NCBI GenBank assembly: GCA_964016885.1
Contig: OZ024741.1
Span: 19,158,001 to 19,222,000 of the forward strand
Reading direction: 5' to 3'
DNA length: 64,000 nt
Origin: Eledone cirrhosa
Lineage: Eukaryota
Part shown: positions 11,443 to 23,000 of the stretch, piece by piece
Layout of the letters: each line of letters starts with the position of its first letter
Position numbering within the stretch: the stretch's first letter is position 1
Position numbers and translations under genes: made by a program
The notes under the pieces: model-generated
What the model was told of the DNA's origin: nothing
The model's input: the letters and a program-made list of their open reading frames with translations, nothing else
Databases searched by the model: none

Positions 11443-13484
11443 TCCCTCTCTCTCTCTCCCCTCTCTCTCTCCCTCTCTCTCTTCTATCTTAGCATGTGGC
11501 ATGAATAATCATTGTTTTTTTTTAAATTATATTATCATTTTTTTCACTATGATACTAGAATTAACGTGTGTGTATATGTGTGTGTGCAAGTCACCTGTAT
11601 GTCTATGTGCATGTGTGCAAGTGTAAGTGATCTGTAAATGTTCTGAATGTGTATTTTATATGCCTGTAAGTGTTCTGTAAGTGTATGTAAGAAAAAAAGG
11701 TTCTCAGTCAAATTGTGTGAATAGCAAAGTTGTAGCCCTCAAAGTCATTAAAGAAGGGTTCAAGTTATGTTTATTGTAGCTATTGTTTTAGCCCCAGGTC
11801 AGCCCTGATCATGCAGACCTATGATCAATTGTAACTGTGCTGTATTTTTTTCAGATATAGTGTATTGAGGACTTCATTATCTAAAGTGTCCATTCCTTGT
11901 AGTTGTTGTTTGGCCCCAGGTCAGCCCTGATCATGCAGACCTATGATCAAAGGCATTACAACTGTGACCATCCTGTCTTTTATTCAGTCATTCTATAAAA
12001 CAAAACCACACAATTTATAGGACTCCTGTTTAAATTAACATCTTCCAGCATAATTCTAAATAAGAACCTTTTAAGTTATTTTACAAATACCATCTTATTA
12101 ACTCTTCCTTCACCATTTTTCTACTGAAAGGCACTGACTGTGATTTGCAGTTCATTTTGAAAATAATCTAAAATTTAAAAAGATTTACTTATGTAAGTAA
12201 CTGATGTTTGGACTATAACTTAAAGAAGGTTCTTACATAAAATTATGTTGGAAGATTTTAGATAAGCACTAGCAGAATGGCCCGGCGATTTGCTCTAGGG
12301 TTCTTATATATTTTATATATATTTATCCTTATCGAGCCCGTGAAATAAATACATTTGTTTATATTTTCTTATTGTGTATGCAAAAATATCTGTACATGAA
12401 TATATATATATTAAAATAACAGATTAAAGTTTAAGCAAAGAATCGCTGCTTTCACCCTTAACTGGATCTTCTGAAACTAAAAAAAATCAATCTGTGAACG
12501 CAGAAGTAAATATTTCGAAAAACGTTACACACTATATATATACACATGCTATATATACATATATATATACACACACATATAGCGTCATAATGTCGTAATG
12601 CAGACAGCCAGACATACAGGCAGATATTATAAGGATGCAACGTTATATCTATGAATCTATCTAAAAAGAAAGACTAAGAATTATAGAGAGAGATCGCCTA
12701 ATGTGGCCCCTAGGGCATTGAAAATTTGAAATTTATTTTGCTCAAAACACTCGCAGGGCCATAAGTATTACATGTGTAAAGTTTGAAAAAAATCGGTTAG
12801 GTGGTTCTCAAGTTTTAGGGAGTCACAGAAAGACAGACATTCTCTGTTTTAGATATATAGATAAACACTTTGAAACAAACAGTTTTCTAATATAGAACTA
12901 GGGTAGATATTTTAAGTTTGTATAAACATATATAGCCTGTATTTAATACATGTGTGGAAGGGATGTCCAAATGAGTATCTTCCATCACCAATTAACTTAT
13001 TCCCTGCCTCTGGGTCCTGGCTGACAGAATGGAGAATGCGTTGGGTTGGTTTCAAGCAGTTTGGTATCAAAAGGGTTCATGAAAAGGTTAATAATTTTAG
13101 TAAATACTTCCAAATTCTACATCAATTAATTGAAATACTATGTAATTCATTTGGAATTTGGTCAGTAAAAGGTTAAGGAGTAAAACCCCTAGTGTGGAGT
13201 GTCTGTGTGGATAAACATAAAGGTTGTAAGTTTGGTTTGTATAATGTTGGCAGTGTGATTATGTAAATGATATGCACTTTAACACTGTTTTACCTCTAAT
13301 CTCTAACCATAGCCACCCCTTCTGCTCTTTAATGTTGCATGTTAGCTAGATTGTTGTTGTTGTGCAGTTAAATGTTGCAGTAAACTGTACATGCATGAGA
13401 AAGTGATGTAGGTGCAACTTAGAAAACTTTATATCTACTGCATGAATTGCTTCACTGTAGCAAGATGTTGTCTGCAAACTATGA

Positions 13485-13522
<38 letters not shown>

Positions 13523-14956
13523 ATGTATGTGTGTGCTCATGTGCATGTATGTGTGAGCTTGTGTGCATGCATGTGTGTGTGTATGTACAAAGATAGTTGT
13601 ACATATGCACTGAATATTTTTTAAATGAATTCTATTGTATGAAACTTCTAATGTGTTTGATGTTGATGTTGTTGTTGACAGTTGTTAGAATATAAATACT
13701 TAGTATTTGCTGACTCTTACATTCTGAGTTCAAATCCTGTTGAAGTCAATTTTATCTTTCATTTTGAAGTTGGTACAAGAAAGTAAGTACCAGTCAAATA
13801 CTTTGGGTCTCATATAATTGACTTTCTCTTCCCACCAAAATGGCTGACATTGTGCCACAATTAGCGACTGTTACTATTATTAAAGGCAGAAGTTGTAATA
13901 TGTTATAACCGTACACGAGTTGAAGAATCCTTTGGGTGAAACATGTGTTCTCAATTATGGTTTCTTAATTTGTTGTGGATATTATATATTGAAAAAGTGG
14001 GAGGTTATATTCAAAGTTGGTCGAGCACTCAGTCAGAAGAATGTGTTCAGTATAGAGTTATTTCCACAACAAATTAAGAAACCATAATTGAGAACACGTG
14101 TTTCACCCAAAGGATTCTTCAACTCGTGTACGGTTATAACATATTACAACTTTGCCTTTAATAATAATCATTTTTGTTTAATGCATTTAATTGCTGACGA
14201 TCATTTCTTCCAGACAAATGCTTGGAATCATCAGAGCATACGCAATGATAAAACAAATAAATAAATTCCTAATTCCAAATTCTTAGAACATTCATTAAGA
14301 TACATTATAATTAATAGTGTCAGTAACAATATATTGAAGAGTAAGAAGAATAAAATAATATTACAATGAAAAGATATTAAAATATTGAAAAGCATTATAA
14401 AGAGAGTATTACTTAGTCAATATATCAAGAATATCATATAAAGAATGTTAATAATCGCATGCAATAAGGTAAGACAGGTGTGTAGTCATAGCATACATGT
14501 ATGTGTTATGTAAACCTTATATGATGAATTAGTTACAGGCAAAGATGTTATGTAAGAGGTTTTATAAAAAGTTTATGTAGAAAATGTTAAAGTCTATAGT
14601 TGTAACATATGTAGGCAATAAGTATAGAGTTGTAAAGTTGAAATAAATATATAAAACAAACATTTAATCCAAAGGTATGGGTTATAAGGTACTTCAATGT
14701 TCTTCTATAAGATATTTCTTCTTCAACTCGATGTTGTTGTTGTTGTGCCATAATCGGTGTTTGATATTTGTCTGGAAGAAACGATCATCAGCAATTAAAT
14801 GCATTAAACAAAAATTTTATTGTTTTCTATGTTGTATTTCTGCTCTGTAATATATCTGATATTTTATATTGAGCTAAATTTTTTACTGGTAATTGGGTAA
14901 TACAGAATGTTACCCTTATCTTATTTATAATTATATATAGATTATATATAAGTGTA

Positions 14957-15012
<56 letters not shown>

Positions 15013-15681
15013 TCAGTGTATACTGATTAATGTTCAGAGCCATCCTAAGCATTCTCGTGTAGCACCCATCCACCATCAGAGTAAGTCTCTTGGTCAGTGT
15101 CCTAGTCTCAGACCTGTACAGTAGCACAGACTCCACTATAGCGATGAAGAGATGGATCTTTAGGTCTTTATGAAGGTCCGACTTTCACACCAACCTCAAA
15201 CTGTGACATGCCGCCCTGGCTTTGCTCTTCCTGTCAACGACATCATCCGCTTTGTTCCCAATTTTGCTCCCATATACAAGAAGTCCTCAACCAATTCTAG
15301 TGGTTTCATAATCTTCTCTGGCTTCTTTCTCTACCAGATACTTCGTCATACTCTCATGTATGTGTGAGCATGTTTGTGTGTGTTCATGTATGGGAGCTTC
15401 CCAAAAGTCAGCTCGAAAGTAACATAAAGGAGACTGATGATAGCTGGACATGCTCACCAACATTCAGAGTTGACACTGCACTCAGTGGTCTTGTGGGAGC
15501 CCTTACACAGACACACTAGTAGAGGGAGACCGAGGTCGACATATATTGATACTCTAAGGACAGACACTGGTCTCTGGGAAACGCAGGACATGACAGCGAT
15601 GATGAAGGACAGAGACCGCTGGAGAGAACTCATCCATGGATCTCGGGAATTTTACCCGCCCTAGATAGACAGACACATATG

Positions 15682-15761
<80 letters not shown>

Positions 15762-18700
15762 CATTGAGCTTCTTGCTTGTCTTGTATATTTTTTGTTGTT
15801 GTTTGTGTATTTTCTGTATTGAATGTTAAAAAGAGCTTTTACTTGACTGATTTTCTAAATGGCTGGTCAGTCCTGGTGACTGGACCACAACTGGGGTGTG
15901 GGTGGAATAAAATAGATAATTGGCCCACCTGGAGATTGGACCACAACTGGGGTGTGGGTGGAATAAAATAGATAACTGGCCCACCTGGTAATTGGACCAT
16001 AACTGGGGTGTGGGTGGAATAAAATAGATAACTGGCCCACCTGGTAATTGGACCACAACTGGGGTGTGGGTGGAATAAAATAGATAACTGGCCCACCTTG
16101 GTAATTGGACCATAACTGGAGTGTGGGTGGAATAAAATAGATAACTGGCCCACCTTGGTAATTGGACCATAACTGGGGTGTGGGTGGAATAAAATAGATA
16201 ACTGGCCCACCTGGTAATTGGACCACAACTGGGGTGTGGGTGGAATAAAATAGATAACTGGCCCACCTTAGTAATTAGACCACAACTGGGGTGTGGGTGG
16301 AATAAAATAGATAACTGGCCCACCTTAGTAATTAGACCACAACTGGGGTGTGGGTGGAATAAAATAGATAACTGGCCCACCTTAGTAATTAGACCACAAC
16401 TGGGGTGTGGGTGGAATAAAATAGATAACTGGCCCACCTTGGTAATTGGACCATAACTGGGGTGTGGGTGGAATAAAATAGATAACTGGCCCACCTGGTA
16501 ATTGGACCACAACTGGGGTGTGGGTGGAATAAAATAGATAACTGGCCCACCTTGGTAATTGGACCACAACTGGGGTGTGGGTGGAATAAAATAGATAACT
16601 GGCCCACCTTAGTAATTAGACCACAACTGGGGTGTGGGTGGAATAAAATAGATAACTGGCCCACCTTGGTAATTGGACCCCAACTGGGGTGTGGGTGGAA
16701 TAAAATAGATAACTGGCCCACCTTGGTAATTGGACCATAACTGGGGTGTGGGTGGAATAAAATAGATAACTGGCCCACCTTAGTAATTAGACCACAACTG
16801 GGGTGTGGGTGGAATAAAATAGATAACTGGCCCACCTTGGTAATTGGACCCCAACTGGGGGGTGGGTGGAATAAAATAGATAACTGGCCCACCATGGTAA
16901 TTGGACCACAACTGGGGTGTGGGTGGAATAAAATAGATAACTGGCCCAACTGGTAATTGGACCATAACTGGGGTGTGGGTGGAATAAAATAGATAACTGG
17001 CCCACCTTGGTAATTGGACCACAACTGGGGTGTGGGTGGAATAAAATAGATAACTGGCCCACCTTGGTAATTGGATCACAACTGGGGTGTGGGTGGAATA
17101 AAATAGATAACTGGCCCACCTTGGTAATTGGACCACAACTGGGGGGTGGGTGGAATAAAATAGATAACTGGTCCACCTTGGTAATTGGACCCCAACTGGG
17201 GTGTGGGTGGAATAAAATTGATAACTGGCCCACCTTAGTAATTAGACCACAACTGGGGTGTGGGTGGAATAAAATAGATAACTGGCCCACCTTGGTAATT
17301 GGACCACAACTGGGGTGTGGGTGGAATAAAATAGATAACTGGTCCACCTTGGTAATTGGACCACAACTGGGGTGTAGGTGGAATAAAATAGATAACTGGC
17401 CCACCTTGGTAATTGGACCACAACTGGGGTGTGGGTGGAATAAAATAGATAACTGGCACACCTGGTGACTGGACCACAACTGGGGTGTGGGTGGAATAAA
17501 ATAGATAACTGGCCCACCTGGTGACTGGACCACAACTGGGGTGTGGGTGGAATAAAATAGATAACTGGTCCACCTGGTGACTGGACCACAACTGGGGTGT
17601 GGGTGGAATAAAATAGATAACTGGCCCACCTGGTGACTGGACCACAACTGGGGTGTTCTGTGGGATAAAATAGATAACTGGCCCAACTGGTGATTGGACT
17701 GTCAGAGAGAATGGATTGGGTTAATTGGCTGGATAACAACCCCCAGTGATAGAAGCATTTCTGTGGGTGGGTGGGTAGGGTACTAACTGAACCACCCTGG
17801 GAATTAGACCACTTTAGTGGTTAGACTACCTAGAGAAGAATTGGAGAAAATGGTTGGATAAGCACTTCGAGTATAAGCACTAGTGTGTGTTGGGGGAGGA
17901 TGGCTGACCCTCCCCACTGATTTGACCATTATGGTGATAGGAAAAGCTGCTCTAACAGTCCACATTGTTGCCAGTGATGTCCATTACCTCCCTGAAGGTC
18001 TTCTTGGAGATCTTTTATTGAATTCTTTGTTGTTTTTTACCAAGGAGTCCTCCATTGATGCGACTTGAACTATTTCATTATGAACATAAACACCAGCTCA
18101 TGTTTATTGTCAGACGTTCAATCCAGGACCATCCCCTCATTCAGGCATTGTGCATATGGTGTATCAAGGACTACATTACATAACGTGACCTTCTATAAAT
18201 ACCAGCTCATATTTATTGCCAGACGTTCCATCCAGGACCATCCCCTCATTCATTCAGTCATGGTGTATATGGTGTATCAAGGACTACATTATGTAATGTT
18301 CCAAATTAAAAAAAAAACTGATCATACCCAATATAGTAAATCCATGGTCAGATGTTCCACCTATGACCATTCTATTGTTCATTCAGGCATAGTATATCAA
18401 AGACTTCATTATCTAATGTGATCTTTCGTTTAGACATAGTGCTTCAAAAACTATATTACCTAATGTGACCTTCCATTTTTTTTAAAATATTGTGTGGTTT
18501 ATTTTGAGGGTGATTTGGTAGCTATTTCAAGCAAGTCAATCAATGTCACTGAAGCTCCAGCATTGGTTTGATTATTTTTTTTATGTTAATTGTTTCTTAA
18601 TTATTCATTTTAATTATTTCATTTCATCATTTCTCCTTATTTCTAGAACCTGTCATCTAAAACCGGTGATGAAATCAGTGTTACTATGGGACAAGACATC

Positions 18701-20037
18701 ATACGAATCACAACAGAAAACTTGGTAGGTTCTTCCTTAATTCTTTTTATACCAAACCACCTAGCACCTCTTCTGGTTCTATCATACAGAACTGTTTGTT
18801 TTAAACTGTTTATATTTATCTAAAAGCCTATCATAAATTTATGTAAAAACCTTTAACCTTTTAACATTTAAATTGGCCATATCTGGCTAGAATTCTTTCA
18901 CCCCTTTCTGTTCAAACTGGTCATAACTGGCCACTCATACTGATGTTAAGGTATTGTTCTCAAAATAAATAACATCAAAATCTCATAGATTCGATATTAT
19001 GTGAAAATACAATAGTAAATATAGAGTAATGTAAATGCTAAAGGGTTAAGTTATGTTCCAAACACAAGATAAATAATGAGAAAGTTAGTTATATTACTAA
19101 ATCTCTCCAAATTTTTGATTATTTTCAAACATAATTGAAAATTATAAACAGTATCTTTTGTTAAAAATATGGTAACAGGATTGAAATGTTTATATTTATC
19201 TAAAAAACCTTCCATCATAATTTTATGTAAGAACCTTTAAATTATTTTCAAAATTAGTTAATTTCATTAGAAATATGGTAGCAAAAAGGTTAAAGTGTTT
19301 ATCATTATCATCTCTATTTAATGTCTATTTTCCATGCTTGCATGGGTTAGACAGATGTTGCGTACTAAAGCCAAAAGGATCATGTGACTAGGTCCTGCTG
19401 ATACACTTTGTTTTGGCTTGGTTCCTATGGCTGGATCATCATCATCATTTCCATTCTAGCATGAGTGAGATGGGTTGTCCTATTTGAGGCACGTCTTGCT
19501 CATACAGAATTGTTTCTGGCTTGGTTCCTAAGGCTGGATACCTTTCCTAATGCCAACCATTTTACTGTGTATACTGGGTGCTTTTTGTCATGACACCTAC
19601 ACAACCTCTTTACATTGTATACTAGGTGCTTTTTGTCATGACATCTACACAACTTCTTTACAGTGTGGACTGGGTGCTTTTTGTCGTGACACTTACACAA
19701 CCACATTTAGAGTACCCTTCCTAATGCCAACCACTTTACAAGGTGTACTGGGAGCATGGTTTCTATGGCTGGATGCCCTTCCATAATGGCAACCACACAC
19801 ACACACACTTTAAGTTGTACCTTTATGTACTATATTTCATCCATATATATACACTCTTTATCAACATTATATACACTTGCAATATTTATAATCATATATT
19901 TCACTTTTCTACACAGGAATTACGTGAAACTGTCAGCAAGCAGACTGAACAGATCAGAAAATTGAAGAAGACACTCAAAGTATACGCTCGCAAACTAAAG
20001 GCTGGTGAAGGTATGTAACTCCTGTGTAACTCCTACT

Positions 20038-20080
<43 letters not shown>

Positions 20081-23000
20081 CTTAAATACATATCTCTTGT
20101 CTTAAATCTATACCTTTCATGTCTTAAATATACACCTTTCAGGTATATCTCATATATTTCTATTATTATATATGTATTTGCCTCTACATATTTTTCTAAT
20201 GTTAATGTGGTTGACAAATAAGACATTAAATCAGAAACCATTATTATTATTACTACTACTATCATTACTATTATTATAAATGTTATACATTTATTCCAAC
20301 ATTTTTATCTGATTGTTTTTTTTCTTCCAACTTTCTAAAACAACAATAAAACAACATATAAACAAACACAACCACCACCAAACAACAACCGTTGTTAGGT
20401 CCATTCCGAAGATTCCAGAGTCTTGTATCAGCCACATCTTTGAGTCCGACATCGGGTAAGATCGTTAGTGTCTGTGATCGATGTCACCCCCCACCACATG
20501 CCCTTCTGTGGCAGCACGTGTCAGCATGTTAAAAAAAAACTGGTTTATTTACTGCTATGTATTTTTGTTTGTTTCATGTGTCATGAAGACATTTGAAGAT
20601 TTTTGCCAATTCCTCCTCCTCCACCTTTTCCTCCCACTCTTGTTCTTTTGTGCTTGCTAATTCTTTCTTTACACTTTGCTCTTAGAATATTTTTACCAAA
20701 ACTGGAAGAAAATATAAAAGTATATCCATTTTTTTTCTTTCTCCCTATAAATATCTGTGATTATCATTTTAATGTCAATTCATGGTTATATTGTAATGGG
20801 TCATGATATCACCACCTCCAACAGCAGTGAAGGCAACCTATCAAGTAGACTTGTTTCTCACAAAACATCATCTGCCTCTAGCCACAGTAGAGGCCACTGG
20901 TCAAGGAGAGTAGTCTCTCACAAAACATCATCTGTCTCTAGCCACAGTAGAGGCCACTGGTCAAGGAGAGTAGTCTCTCACAAAACATCATCTATCTCTA
21001 GCCAGAGTAGAGGCCACTGGTCAAGGAGAGTAGTCTCTCACAAAACATCATCTGCCTCTAGCCACAGTAGAGGCCACTGGTCAAAGAGAGTAGTCTCTCA
21101 CAAAACATCATCTATCTCTAGCCACAGTAGAGGCCACTGGTCAAAGAGAGTAGTCTCTCACAAAACATCATCTGCCTCTAGCCAGAGTAGAGGCCGCTGG
21201 TCAAGAAGAGTAGTCTCTCACAAAACATCATCTATCTCTAGCCACAGTAGAGGCCACTGGTCAAAGAGAGTAGTCTCTCACAAAACATCATCTGTCTCTA
21301 GCCACAGTAGAGGCCACTGGTCAAGGAGAGTAGTCTCTCACAAAACATCATCTGTCTCTAGCCATAGTAGAGGCCACTGGTCAAGGAGTCTCTCACAAAA
21401 CATCTATCTCTAGCCACAGTAGAGGCCACTGGTCAAAGAGAGTAGTCTCTCGCAAAACATCATCTGTCTCTAGCCACAGTAGAGGCCACTGGTCAAGGAG
21501 AGTCTCTCACAAAACATCTATCTCTAGCCACAGTAGAGGCCACTGGTCAAGGAGAGTAGTCTCTCACAAAACTTCTATCTCTAGCCACAGTAGAGGCCAC
21601 TGGTCAAAGAGAGTCTCTCACAAAACATCATCTGTCTCTAGCCACAGTAGAGGCCACTGGTCAAGGAGAGTAGTCTCTCACAAAACATCTATCTCTAGCC
21701 ACAGTAGAGGCCACTGGTCAAAGAGAGTCTCTCACAAAACATCATCTGTCTCTAGCCACAGTAGAGGCCACTGGTCAAGGAGACTAGTCTCTCACAAAAC
21801 ACCAACCATCTTTAGCCACAGTAGAGGCCACTGGTCAAGGAGAGTAGTCTCTCACAAAACACCAACCATCTTTAGCCACAGTGAAAGTAACTTATCAACA
21901 ATAATCTCTCACAAAACAAACAGATTTCCAAAGGATGGAGCAGACTCCTGGTTTACATAGTAGTTGTTGTTATTGGTAATATCGGTAGAGCGTCGGACAA
22001 TATGCTTTGTAACAGAGTTATATCCCTCTATGTTCTGAGTTCAAATCCTGCCGCGTTTAGCTTTGCCCTTCATCCTTACGGGGGTTGATAAAATAAAGAA
22101 CCAGTAATGCACTGGGGTTGATTTAATCAACTCCCCCCCCAGAAAATTGTTGGCTTCATACCTATATCAGAAACACTTGTCATATACAGGAGTAGAACTG
22201 TGCAATTGAAGTTGTGGGCTCCAGTTTTCTTACAAGATATATGTGAAATGAAGTATTGCAAGGGACATAACTTTGCAATCCTTTGGGCTAGGATTTGGGT
22301 TTGAGGATAACTTCCTCCCTTCCTCCCATTAGGAGGCCCTGAAAATAATCATTGGGTTTGCTTTGCTTTTTCTTGTCTAATTGGTTAAAACAAATAGCAT
22401 CATGTGTTAATTCCTCTTCACAACTTGCTTTAAGGGCCCTGAATATGTATTTGTTAACCTATGTATAGGTTACATTTCTTCTCCCACTTGTTACTGAGAA
22501 GGTCGTGGGGTAAGAGTCCTTAAACACTCCTTCCAGCAAGTCCTGTCAGAAGCAACCAACTTGCTCTGGGTTTAACCTTGGGTTTTCTGCTGGCTGGTTT
22601 TGCCCGTAAAATCTGTCCAGTGATTCTTTCCTGAGACATTCTAACCACATGGCCATAGTATCAGAGCTGGGATCTCTCTATTCAGAGAAGTAGCAGCTCT
22701 ACCTGGAGTGACTCTCCAGTGATTCTTTCCTGAGACATTCTAACCACATGGCCATAGTATCAGAGCTGGGATCTCTCTATTCAGAGAAGTAGCAGCTCTA
22801 CCTGGAGTGACTCTCCAGTGATTTTTTCCTGAGACATTCTAACTACATGGCCATAGTATCGGAGCTGTGATCTCTCAATTCAGAGAAGTAGTGGCTCTAC
22901 CTGGAGTGACTCTCTCATCTCTGTGCTACGCACTCTATCAAGTAACATTACTCCAAAGACCCTTCAGAGGAACCCCATTTCAGCCACTTGTATTTGCAAT

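Noticed and set aside
15826-17739. Multiple Pro/Trp-rich ORFs
   Set aside because: Products of the 56/57-bp minisatellite, with frameshifts between units.
20757-21413. 218-aa Ser/His/Arg repeat ORF
   Set aside because: 60-bp tandem repeat with a non-ATG start, and the frame is lost in later units.
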